NCBI RefSeq assembly: GCF_963921235.1
Contig: NC_086106.1
Coordinates: 21,390,001 to 21,454,000 of the forward strand
Direction of reading: 5' to 3'
DNA from: Mobula hypostoma
Taxonomy: Eukaryota
DNA: 64,000 nucleotides
Shown: piece by piece, positions 12,783-25,044 of the stretch
How positions within the stretch are numbered: the stretch's first letter is position 1
Layout: each line of letters starts with the position of its first letter
Translations under genes and position numbers: made by a program
The notes under the pieces: generated by a model
What the model was told of the DNA's origin: nothing
Seen by the model: the letters and a program-made list of their open reading frames with translations, nothing else
The model's database searches: none

Positions 12783-14435
12783 CACATTTACAGATGCTGT
12801 TTAGACACATGTTGATGCACATGTTCTTCAGGCAATAGCATAGTGAGTATATTTATTAATAGGTCTTACTGTCTTCAGGAAGATTCAATAAAGCAGAAAT
12901 ATCTCGGCAATGCCGCAATAGCTGCGATGCACACTGTTAAATGTATGACGAGTATACGCTTAAGGCTCAAAGACGCATCATGACTGCGCTTATTAAGAAA
13001 GCCTATATGCTCTAATTGGGATGTAAAATTTGTGACCGAGTCAAACCCTGGGCACCTGATATTTGTTGTGCAACATGTGTAGTCAACCTGAGCGCTCGGC
13101 TCAGAGGTACTCGGAAGTCAATACAAATTGCAGTCCTAATGAAATGGCGAGACAAGAAGGATCATGTGACTGACTGTTACTTCTGTCTGAGCAATGCATC
13201 TGGCTTCTCTGGTAAAAATAAGAAACTTATTGAATACACCAATCTGCCTTGAGCCACGAGACCAGAGCCAAATAATGACAGTTTCGCAGTACCGATGCTA
13301 CCAGTGACAGGAAGCCCAGGTGAGACAGATGAAGATGTCACAATGCAAGAAGCAGATGTGGCAAACGACACTGATCCAGATGTTAAACCCTTTATGCCTG
13401 ATTATCCTCATTGGTAATACCGCCAGAATTAAATGACCCTGGTTTTGCACTTAGATTTGTCAAAAGCTAAAGCAGAACTACTTGATTCAAGGTTGCAAGG
13501 ATGGGATTTGCCGTCACCAAGTAAAAAAAAAATTCTATCTCTCGAAACCATTAAGAACATTGACAAACTTTTTTACACAGGTTGAAAACATCTGTTTCTG
13601 CATTGACAATGATTACACTGACACAGATATGTCTGCCTCCGCTTCATATAAAACACGGGCCGATGAAACATTTTGTGAAAACAATGAACAAAGACGGTGA
13701 TGAATTTCTCTATTTGAGACAGATGTTTTGAAGAATAATTCATGCCAAGATTAAGAAAGGCATTGTTGTTTGTCCACAAATCAGACAGGTCATCAATGAC
13801 AGGGAGTTCGAGGATCTGCTCTTAGGGCCGGAGAAAGTAGCATAGAAGGCATTTAAGGATGTTGTTGAGAATTTTCTTGGCAACTACAAAGCACCAAACT
13901 ACCTTGAGATTCTTGACAACATGCTTAAAGCATACAAAACCATGAAGTGCAGCATGTAATTTCCTGCATTGACACTTGGAGATCTTGCCTGCTGATCTTG
14001 GTGCAGTCAGTGACGAACATGGTGAAAGCTTTCACCGGGACTTTGCAACCATGGAGAAATAGTATTTGGGTAACTGGAATACATTGATTTTGGCGGGCTA
14101 CTGTTGGACACCAGAACGAGTGGCACCAGATACTAACTATAAAATCATCTGCAAAACATCTCATGCTCAGTTGAACTAACACAATGTGACAGTATTATTA
14201 TGCAGTTAAACCTGATAAATTCAATAAAAGTTTTAATGATTGTCCAAATTCTTAGGTGATACAGCAAATTTGAAATTACTTTTGTGTTCAGCATGACATT
14301 GTCAGTCATAATCTCTATCTTTTTTTTTCAGGAAGCAAAATGTTAGAAAAAAATGTTGTCCAGTGAGCTATCACTGTGTAATCCACAACATTGAGTGTTT
14401 TTTGTGCATCACGCTTCTTCTTGTCTATCTCTGTG

Positions 14436-14649
14436 CTCTTCGCCGACTGATGGCAGCTTGGTACAAAGACGAGTCGCTCAGTTGCAGTTTCGAGAATATT
14501 AACATGCAGATTTTATTTTCCTGATCGAGAGAACCGAAGAGGTGTCATTCGGCTGCATTTTCCTGATCCTGATCACCACAGGTATGCCTCTGAAGCAGAA
14601 ATTTTGGGGGCTCTGCTTGGAGCTACCGGTACCAGTGTATCGTGTACGG
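14436..14649 (-). pseudogene. TRDV: Supporting TCR-delta V, 5'-truncated pseudogene
   Basis: PYTIHWYR*LQAEPPKFLLQRHTCGDQDQENAAE*HLFGSLDQENKICMLIFSKLQLSDSSLYQAAISRRR: two stops, second canonical Cys lost, FR1 missing. RSS CACAGAG-23-ACAAAAAAC (14397-14435). Close paralogue of 34051-34356. Confidence 0.92.
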
Positions 14650-15460
14650 CAGATTTCTTAAGAGTTGATGTATATTCTCTCGAATGTCTTCCCTTTATTG
14701 CGTCATCATCTATTTACGTTGCTTGCTGATATTACAGATAGGATAATTGCCTCTTTAATATTCATCCATTGTTTTTATTGTATCCTGCTATATTGTATTA
14801 TATTCTACTCGCCTTATTGACCTTTGTTTAATATTTTGCACTTACCTAGTCCAACGTTCATGGCTATATATCTAGGAAATTATGTACAACGTGAATTCAT
14901 TGCTTTAGCTGTAATGAGAAGGAGAATATAACTAGCGATTCGCTTACTGGCGTTCCCAGCGCTCGCCTCAGTTCACTAACAAGGATAAATTCCGCGATTT
15001 TTGTCAAAATATCGTTTCTGCATTAGCTATGTGCGAAAGTTTTCTATATTTGACCATTGCTCAGTAATGCCCTATGGTATAACAATTACAAATTTACATT
15101 CATTTTAAATTTCCCTACGAGGTATTTGAACAACCTCTCATATATATTTTTTTTACAATTTGCCTCCTGCTCGCAAGTTATTTCCTTCCATGTCAGACTC
15201 CCTTTCTCCCTGTCTTTCTGCAATGTTTGAAGCCGTCATAAATCATACACCCATTAATTTTGCCCTCTTGTCTCTCGCTAGTAACGGAACTTGTTTCGAT
15301 TGGTTGGTTGGTAGCCTGGTGATGGAGCAGAATCTATTCCGCATAAAAGGGTATTTGACAAGAGATTGGGAAGGAGTTGTGAACGTATTGTGGGCAATGG
15401 AATTGGCTGGAGTGCAGGTGCATTAAGCTGATGGGATAGATACAAATATTTTAGCATTTG

Positions 15461-15597
15461 NNNNNNNNNNNNNNNNNNNNNNNNNNNNNNNNNNNNNNNN
15501 NNNNNNNNNNNNNNNNNNNNNNNNNNNNNNNNNNNNNNNNNNNNNNNNNNNNNNNNNNNNNNNNNNNNNNNNNNNNNNNNNNNNNNNNNNNNNNNNN
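15461..15597. other. Assembly gap (N run)
   Basis: Run of N. Confidence 1.
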
Positions 15598-18500
15598 GTT
15601 GTTGCTCAAACTCGGAAGTCTCGGGACTATATATACATTTCTGATCCAGCTTCAGAATCAGTACACCAGAAAGTATATTGTAACAAATGATATGTTACAG
15701 ACAAGGAAATCCATAATAATTGTCCGCAAATAATAATAAAAAAGGATAAACAAGCAAGAACAAATTGTTTAATAGATATATCCAATCCAAACACAGATAA
15801 CTTTTATAAACCATAAGCAAAAGTACTACACATATGCCGAATGAAATGTGGAAATTGAAAGACTTTGCAACATGAACAAGGTGTAAATTGGTGTTGATAT
15901 AATAATATTCACCCACCAATTTGAGAGGGACATCCTGATATTGATGTCTCTCTTTCAGTAAATCTAATTACAAGTGTATGAGAGAGGAGCGGGCCAAGTC
16001 TGATCATAAGGAGATGACGGTAGAGCAGCGATGTTTAAGCATGTAACAAGCAGCAGAAACAAAGGAGAGTCAGTTTCCTTCACGATGCAGCTGCACAGGG
16101 GAAGACCATCAAGATGTGGCCCATCTGTATTACTGAAAATGTCCTAGCATTTGTAGAAGATTGTTAGCTTACTAAAGGCGAATGTGGGGGTATTCCTGTT
16201 GGGGGTGTGGCTAGTGATGTTCAGCAAGGGTCGCAGTTGGGGTCTCTGCTTTTCAAATTTTTCATAAGTGAATCGATGGATTTTTGCCGAGGTTGCGTAT
16301 GATACAAATATAGGAGAAGTATTGGGTACTGCTGAGGACAGAGAGCACGGAGCATTCTCTGGTGGTATGGTGAGCTACGACAATGGGCATATAATTGGCA
16401 GATGCAACAAGCAGTAGGAAACTGTATAAAATGTAATCTGATCGCAGGAACAAAGTCGTTGAAAATATTCTAAATTAGGAGTGAATTCGAAAAAAACTCA
16501 GCTGTATACAAACTTGTTAGACCTACTCCGTTAATCTGTTACGGTCAACTTGAGAATTGACTACGTACCAAATTAAAGAACAAAATATAAAAGCTGGGAT
16601 GTACCGCTGTTTATTTAGTTGAGGTAAATCGCACTACATTTGCAGTTTTGGAAAGTTGCGTGCTCAAAGTCCAAGAGAAGGATTTGCTAGTTAACAAGGG
16701 ACAAAAGAAGAGACTTATGCGAATTACCCCGGGACAGATATATTTATCGTCGGTGGAGAGTTGTATGTCTCTTCGGATTAGAACAACAATACGAATCCCA
16801 CTGTAACATAACCAACAAAAATGTACTGAGTGCAGTGGACGTGAGGATGATAGATCCAGCAGCGGGAAAGTGGGGCCTCGGAGGTACTCTACCTCAAACA
16901 AAACGGACCTGACCTAGATTACAGTCGAAACATTGTTTTAGCCAGATTGCATACGTGTGGGACTCCTTGCCACAGTCTCTTGGGGAGGACATGAACGGTA
17001 AATTTCAGGCAGAGGTAAATACCTTCTCACGTCGTAAGTGTGTCAGAATTTGGACCGAGTTGCCAGAGGAATGCAGCAGAAAGTTTATAATATATACAGT
17101 ACGATCCCGTGGAAGAACCAATACCGAGAAGTCAATAAGCAAAATTTTCTCGGATGCTCTTATGGCCAGATACTGTACATCCCTCCAAAACACGTTTTAA
17201 TATACCATGCTTTTCAGTACTTCGATGGACAACCTCACACACAGGAGAAAAGGATAATAGATATAGTTGATAAAATATTGAGGGCTGAGAGGATTTGCAA
17301 GTGAGTTCTGTTTAGAAATTTTGAACTTTTGGAGGTTTTTAATGTTCGAATGTATTACTTATTTGCGCTGAGTTCAATGGTTTCAATGTATTGTATAATA
17401 GTCAGGTAATACTTGTTGGCACTGTCGCGTAACTGCCTATGTGCCTTTCTGTAGGATTTTTGAGCTTAAGTCATTCACTAACTGACGCATTTGTGGCAGG
17501 TTTGGTCCTAGGCAACACAGAAACGCAACCTCGCGGCGTTAGTCGCGAAGCTCACGAGGCATACGATCCACGGGAGATTGCAAGAGTGGATTTACAATTC
17601 TCCCGTACTCGGAAGGCATAGCGTGGTATTAGTTGTAAGTTAATATGCCCGCCTTTCAAGAATTAGGGACGTTCCTTGAGTAACTGCTTCGAGACCCTCA
17701 GTGTCTGTGACATTAATAAATACCGTGTGATTTGATGTAATGATTTTAATGTGAAAGTAGAGAAACGGCATAAAGAATAGTGGTGTTGTGTACCGAGTAG
17801 AACGATGTCACCTGTTGCAACCTGATATAGAGAGGATGTAGAGTTGGGTAGACAAATGAAAAATTACATTTCAAACGGGGGAAAAAAAACTAGTGTGAAA
17901 TAACCGACATTAGAAGTTCGTACAGGATTATGAGGAGGATTCTCGTGGCGCAGTAGTACAGATGGATATTCGGCATTCACGTCAATATATTCCCCATTGC
18001 TGCTACGCAAGGGAATTTACGAAATAATATGGTGTACTGGATATTGAACTGGATATTGATTTTAAGAGCTGCGAGTAGATACTATGCATATCACAAAGAT
18101 CTGGTGAGACAGTTTCTGAGTACCTTACTATAGAGAGGGTGTCTAAAGTTTATTGAGAGATCTCAGAAGAATTACAATGAGGCCTCACATATTAGAGAAC
18201 GCCTTAAGCAGAAATTTAGAAGGAATCTAGAGATTTTCATTTTGGAACAACGATAGTTGACAGTCAGCTTAATATAAATATGTACGACTATGAAAGGCAG
18301 AAATAAAATTTTCCTCATGGCGGTACTGCCAAGCACCAGAAACTTCAGTTTATGGTTAGTGGACGGAAATTTACCGCAGATGTTTGAAATAGTGTGATAT
18401 TTCACAGAGAATAGAGGGTTACTGAAATTCATGACGGTGATGGTAGAACCTTCATGATGATGTTAAAAAAAAGATATTACAATGTAGACATATAATAGTG

Positions 18501-20684
18501 TCTTTGAATGAGGAAATGTTTGGATAGATAGTTTAGTGTTGTAAATTAGCTGGCAGAGCAAAGTCCGGCGGAGGGTCCGCAGTGTGTTGTCCTGTTTGAT
18601 ATTCTCTGTGTTCTGTTGCATGAGATGGAGAACGGCAGATAGTCCGTCGTTTTGTTCTTTCTTAACTCCAAAAGTGTTATCTTCATTTTATGATTTTGCT
18701 CATGTGAAGTACATTTCTTTTGCTTCAAGAATTTGATTTTCTTTAATTTTATTATATATTTTTTTACAGGACTTGGGAAAACAATTTGTCAGCTTTTGCA
18801 GATTTGTGGTTGCTCTTTAGCTTCTGACAACCAAGCGAAAAATAAAAGGCATGGCCACTTATATCGTGACTCAAAGGAAGTTCAGCACCGAGCTTGCACA
18901 GGCGCCCAAATACCCTGTCAAAATACTTGAGAAATAAATGAAACAGTTAAGTTCGCGTTGATAATTTATCAGTAGCATCTTATTATAGAATTTTCCATGT
19001 GGTTTATGCCAAATTACATAGTTTAAAATGTGGAGAAGTATTGTGGTTCTGTAGTTACTAAATCCGCTCTATTCAACATTAATAGCATCGCACATCATTT
19101 CAAACCCGGATTCCTATGTTTCCGGCAATACTTGCACAATGTTTTTCCGGAAAACGTACGGAATTGTCTTGAATTCAAATTATAGAGGTACACAGAAGAT
19201 CAAAAGAGACAGTTCATGGATCTATGATCTTGTCGAGAAGTAAAATAAAGGGAGCATTTTTTTTCAGCAGGAATATTGTTCTGATGAAATTTTAAGACGC
19301 ATCATAATTAATTGTCTATCGTTACTGGATCCGCCACGAACAGGAACAAGTGAAGGTTTCGCAAAGTTTCGTTCCGTTGACAATGTGTCCAAAATGCGTT
19401 TATTGTCCTTGGCAATTGTTTTCCAACGACTTGCTGAGGTGGAGAAATAATTGGCAGCTGGTGCAGGTGGAGAAATTAAATTCCTGCACGTAAATGCTGG
19501 AAAAGGTGAAAATTCACGGGAAATAATAACTAAAATATAGAATATTTAGAAAAAAATCTGCCAGCGCGGCCACCCTGAGAGATGGAAGATCTACCTCTTC
19601 CCTTGTGTAAAATACATTGCTGTTTTTTTTTTCTGTGAGAGAAGGACGAATGGGAAAAAGGATTGAGCAATAAGCTTATTTTATAACGATTGCGGCACTG
19701 TCTACAGATTCGTTGTTCTTTAATTTAGCGAAACAATATCCATGAGATGGGAGTGATTTTCCATGTTTGGGATGATAATCTGTGCAGTGAGGAATACAGG
19801 CTTTTAAATTTAATACACCCCGGTGCAATACTTCATAACCAGTCCGTGTAACAAATCCTCATGCTGAAGGAACTCATCATCCACCCCGCATTTATGGAAA
19901 AGAGTAAACTGGCGACGTTTCAGGCATAGATACTTCAATAGGATATGCATGTATATACTACATGACATGTGGAAAACATCTAACATTTTCCATCTGTTCC
20001 TTGGGATTTCAGAATCTGTAGATTTTCTCATGCTGTGACAATTCAAGCTCCGTATTACTTATAGCTCAATCAGTTTTCATGTGTGTGTGTTTTTCTTTTA
20101 CCCCTGATGATTTTTCTTCTACTTTGGCTACATATGGTATATATGCTATCATCTTAAAATGTACTGTCAACGCCGCTTGAATTGCAGTTCATATGTGGGT
20201 GTCAGGCTCATTCGCAACTGGGCGTCTCCACTGATTAATCACATCTAGAGGTTGTGCATGATAAAGAGTGACTTTCTCAAGCTTTCAATATACAGCTTCC
20301 GTGGACCTGCAGAATCACTTAGCACAGAACATATCTGAGAAATTTCGTGAAACTTGATTACGCAATGTGATGATCCAAGATCAGCATTTCTTCCTCTGCC
20401 CCCATAACCATCTGCTGGCAACACAAATAATCACACTGCATCGGCGAATGCAGTCGTGCTTCTATTCTTGTAATGCACGGTTACAAAGTTGCGTTGCCTT
20501 TATTTGAATTGTACACTTCCAAAGAAGAGCTCATGGCTGGCAATCCAAACGCGTTATATTTTTCTTTCAATCTTATAGCTTCTACCTACGAAATCTCAAT
20601 CAAACTTGATACATTCAACAAAACTATCCTTGAAAGCACTTCCATGAAACTGCATTTTTAAATTTCGTCAGTTCACATATTTAC

Positions 20685-20739
20685 TGACTGTAACAGTGAC
20701 CGTGGTCCCGGTTCCACCTCGATAGCTGGTGTAGTAATT
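20685..20739 (-). CDS. NAR-TCR J segment, cassette 2 (NYYTSYRGGTGTTVTVTV)
   Basis: J motif, phase-1 donor GTAAAT, RSS CACCGTG-23-ACACAAATC (20740-20778). Confidence 0.9.
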
Positions 20740-21108
20740 CACCGTGATCCGACACTCAGTCTCACTGGTACACAAATCATCCTCAACTCAGTCTAATCGG
20801 CAGCCGATATTGGACTGTGTACAACTATTGCAGTCCTTTAGAAAATGAACAACAGCATGCAGTGTTCCAGAAACCCCTGTGAAGCTACCTGTGAAAAAGA
20901 CAACAATAAGATGACCGCTTCATACATTACGAATGTCGAATCCCTGAACTTCAGCAAATACGAAAGAAAAAATCCTGAAAGGGGCAAAGTACAATGGAAT
21001 TCACACGATCGCAGCGTTAAAATAATCCCACATATGATTCTATTTCCTGACTCCAGAATATATACTCATTCGGTGTTGAAAGTTTTTGTTCGATTATTCT
21101 TCTTTGTG

Positions 21109-21122
21109 CATATTCCCAAATC
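21109..21122 (-). CDS. NAR-TCR D segment, cassette 2 (GATTTGGGAATATG)
   Basis: V-side CACAGTG-12-TTCAAATTT (21123-21150); J-side CACAAAG-12-ACAAAAACT (21081-21108). Confidence 0.88.
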
Positions 21123-21497
21123 CACAGTGTTTCATGTCAGGTTCAAATTTCTGAATGGACTGAGCTGGAGGTAACAGCTCCCAATTACTATTCCTGCGTC
21201 CATGCTGTTGGAGCAGGGTCACATCTGAAGTAAGGGTTTGGGAAGGGGAAAACTCATTATCACTTGCTGTTCGCTATAAACAGAAATGTGAAAGGAAGTT
21301 TTGTATATGCAAATTCAGAAGAGAAGAGAAAGAGTATGAACAGCAAACTTCATGTCCCATTGTAAAATTTACTGTAAGGAACGCAGGAGAAATGCCTCGT
21401 TGAATTACGGACAGATTAACTCTATTCCTTAAGCTGTTGATGGGATAAATTGCAGCGAGTATTTGAGTACAGCAGGAATAGCTTTCCAAGCTCTGTG

Positions 21498-21782
21498 CAT
21501 ATACATGTTTATATTCAAATTTACAGAAATAGGTGGCGCTGCCCTTAACTCCAAGATTAAACATTTTATGGATAAATATGCTTTATTTTCCGTTTTAATA
21601 AATCTTCCTCCTGTGTAGATATGCTGCCCGTCCGTTCCTGGCTGCGTCTGTTTGAAGAACTGTCCGTTTATAAAATTAATCGCTTGATGATTTTTTACGG
21701 AACCTGCATGTGATGGTGAGAGACAAGGATTATATCTTCGCCACCGCTGTCGGGCTCTGGATCACTGATTGACCGAAGAAGA
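21498..21782 (-). pseudogene. IgNAR-like (NAR-TCR) V exon, cassette 2, pseudogene
   Basis: QSVIQSPTAVAKI*SLSLTITCRFRKKSSSD*F, then frameshifts, ending LGVKGSATYFCKFEYKHVY. RSS CACAGAG-22-ACTCAAATA (21460-21497). Confidence 0.9.
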
Positions 21783-21850
21783 CTGGAAATTAAGAAATGC
21801 AGAAGGGAAGCGTCATGAGCTGTGAATTTCGCTAGACGACTAATACTATA

Positions 21851-24308
21851 AATACTGGTAAAGGTGCTGAGGAAGAGGATTTCTTGGAATGTATGCGGGA
21901 TGGTTTTTTGAACCAACATGTCGAGGAACCGACTAGAGAGCAGGCTATTCTGGACTGGGTTTTGAGCAATGAGGAAGGGTTAATTAGCGATCTTGTCGTG
22001 AGAGGCCCCTTGGGTAAGAGTGACCATAATATGGTGGAATTCTTCATTAACATGGAGAGTGACGTAGTTAATTCAGAAACAAAGGTTCTGAACTTAAAGA
22101 GGGGTAACTTTGAAGGTATGAGACATGAATTAGCTAAGATAGACTGGCAAATGACACTTCAAGGATTGACGGTGGATATGCAATGGCAGGCATTTAAAGG
22201 TTGCATGGATGAACTACAACAATTGTTCATCCCAGTTTGGCAAAAGAATAAATCAAGGAAGGTAGTGCACCCGTGGCTGACAAGAGAAATTAGGGATAGT
22301 ATCAATTCCAAAGAAGTAGCATAAAATTAGCCAGAGAAAGTGGCTCACCTGAGGACTGGGAGAAATTCAGAGTTCAGCAGAGGAGGACAAAGGGCTTAAT
22401 TAGGAAGGGGAAAAAAGATTATGAGAGAAAACTGGCAGAGAACATAAAAACGGACTGTAAAAGCTTTTATAGATATGTAAAAAGGAAAAGACTGATAAAG
22501 ACAAATGTAGGTCCCCTGCAAACAGAAACAGGTGAATTGATTATGGGGAGCAAGGACATGGCAGACCAATTGAATAATTACTTTGGTTCTGTCTTCACTA
22601 AGGAGGACATAAATAATCTTCCAGAAATAGTAAGGGACAGAGGGTCCAGTGAGATGGAGGAACTGAGCGAAATACATGTAGTAGGGAAGTGGTGTTAGGT
22701 AAATTGAAGGGATTGAAGGCAGATAAATCCCCAGGGCCAGATGGTCTGCATCCCAGAGTGCTTAAGGAAGTGGCCCAAGAAATAGTGGATGCATTAGTGA
22801 TAATTTTTCAAAACTCGTTAGATTCTGGACTAGTTCCTGAGGATTGGAGGGTGGCTAATGTAACCCCACTTTTTAAAAAAGGAGGGAGAGAGAAACCGGG
22901 GAATTATAGGCCGGTTAGCCTAACGTCGGTGGTGGGGAAACTGCTGGAGTCAGTTATCAAGGATGTGATAACAGCACATTTGGAAAGCGGTGAAATGATC
23001 GGACAAAGTCAGCATGGATTTGTGAAAGGAAAATCATGTCTGACGAATCTCATAGAATTTTTTGAGGATGTAACTAGTAGAGTGGATAATGGAGAACCAG
23101 TGGATGTGGTATATTTGGATTTTCAAAAGGCTTTTGACAAGGTCCCACACAGGAGATTAGTGTGCAAACTTAAAGCACATGGTATTGGGGGTAAGGTATT
23201 GGTGTGGGTGGAGAATTGGTTAGCAGACAGGAAGCAAAGAGTGGGAATAAACGGAACCTTTTCAGAATGGCAGGCGGTGACTAGTGGGGTACCGCAAGGC
23301 TCAGTGCTGGGACCCCAGTTGTTTACAATATATATTAATGACTTGGATGAGGGAATTAAATGCAGCATCTCCAAGTTTGCGGATGACACGAAGCTGGGTG
23401 GCAGTGTTAGCAGTGAGGAGGATGCTAAGAGGATGCAGGGTGACTTGGATAGGTTGGGTGAGTGGGCAAACGCATGGCAGATGCAATTTAATGTGGATAA
23501 ATGTGAAGTTATCCACTTTGGTGGCAAAAATAGGAAAACAGATTATTATCTGAATGGTGGCCGATTAGGAAAAGGGGAGGTGCAACGAGACCTGGGTGTC
23601 ATTATACACCAGTCATTGAAAGTGGGCATGCAGGTACAGCAGGCGGTGAAAAAGGCGAACGGTATGCTGGCATTTATAGCGAGAGGATTCGAGTACAGGA
23701 GCAGGGAGGTACTACTGCAGTTGTACAAGGCCTTGGTGAGACCACACCTGGAGTATTGTGTGCAGTTTTGGTCCCCTAATCTGAGGAAAGACATCCTTGC
23801 CATAGAGGGAGTACAAAGAAGGTTCACCAGATTGATTCCTGGGATGGCAGGTCTTTCATATGAAGAAAGACTGGATGAACTGGGCTTGTACTCGTTGGAA
23901 TTTAGAAGATTGAGGGGGGATCTGATTGAAACGTATTAGATCCTAAAGGGATTGGACAGGCTAGATGCGGGAAGATTGTTCCCGATGTTGGGGAGGTCTA
24001 GAACGAGGGGTCACAGTTTGAGGATAGAGGGGAAGCCTTTTAGGACCGAGGTTAGGAAAAACTTCTTCACACAGAGAGTGGTGAATCTGTGGAATTCTCT
24101 GCCACAGCAAACTGTTGAGGCCAGTTCATTAGCTATGTTTAAAAGGAAGTTAGATATGGCCCTTGTGGCTACAGGGGTCACGGGGTATGGAGGGAAGGCT
24201 GGGTTCTGAGTTGGATGATCAGCCATGATCATAATAAATGGCGGTGCAGGCTCGAAGGGCCGAATGGCCTACTCCTGCACCTATTTTCTATGTTTCTATG
24301 TTTCTATA
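21851..24308 (+). mobile_element. 5'-truncated CR1 LINE, little decayed, inserted in the leader-V2 intron
   Basis: ORF2 pieces 21884-22324 (APE end: LDWVLSN...GKSDHNMVEF), 22689-23939 (RT: PQGSVLGP, FADDTKL) and 23952-24209. 3' tail (TTTCTATG)n. Absent from the intron of V1 and V3. Confidence 0.95.
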
Positions 24309-24386
24309 ACTTAATGAAAAACCTAATCTACCTGTTCAGTATTATATCTAAACCGCATACTGCAGAAAATTGCCTACCGTACCCAC

Positions 24387-24429
24387 GCCGAAAGCAAGTG
24401 CAGAGGATGACATTCAAGAGGAAGTTCAT
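24387..24429 (-). CDS. Leader exon of NAR-TCR V2 (MNFLLNVILCTCFR)
   Basis: 43-nt ATG exon, phase-1 donor GTGGGT, aligns with leader 3; belongs to a pseudogene V. Confidence 0.8.
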
Positions 24430-25044
24430 CGTTTTGTCTCCGGGTGTAAGATGGTTTACATGACGGAGAGCTGGACTGCTGAGTTACGTTATTCCTCAGA
24501 ACAGAGCAGAGACACCTCTGACGCTTGCTGTTCTAGATTTTTGCAATTGCTGCCCTCTTTTCGAATTTCCTTCTTGCGAGAAAGCGTATGGTTTATTGAA
24601 CAGTAGCTATGGCTCTGTTCCCACTCAAGCTTTTTGGAACTGATGAGAAAGGTCCTCCATGGCAGTTTTAACGTCAATACAGGTAATTCGTCATCTTTTT
24701 GGATAAATTCAAAAAGAACAGGCATCTGCGAAAATTAAATGACAACATTCACTCGTGCCAGTGTGAAAACATATCTGATCAAGATAATTCAGAGTGTCAC
24801 TAGGTTTATAAATATATCATCAGCCATATATAGATGTTTTCAGGGATGGAGTCAAGGTGATAGAGAATGGTGGGAAAGGTGTCGGAACAAGTGAGTTTTA
24901 TGGAACTGTGGAAGCTGGAGGCAATGTTGATGACATTTACGAGGTCTAAAAGCGTACATGCATTATGCCAGTAGATACCAGATGTACCAGTTGCCTTCAG
25001 AGGCAACGGTTGAATAAACAGGTCACAGAGTACAAGGTATTTAA

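Larger units (their letters stand above)
11700..14365 (+). mobile_element. Decayed Chapaev3-like (CMC superfamily) DNA transposon, copy A, interrupted by a Penelope-like element
   Basis: Broken transposase with CYICG...KPWAPDICCATC...W...DHVTDCYFC zinc-finger motif, (PPL)HIKHGLMK-like segment, FLGNYKAPNY and DLGAVSDEHGE. Right terminus ...GTCCAGTG (reverse complement CACTGGAC). Left terminus not found. Confidence 0.65.

Noticed and set aside
14372-14378. Perfect heptamer CACTGTG exactly at the edge of a ~410-bp deletion (relative to 33575-33988), suggesting a germline RAG event
   Set aside because: The breakpoint is at the distal end of the heptamer, not the CAC side where RAG cuts, and no nonamer lies at 12 or 23 bp.
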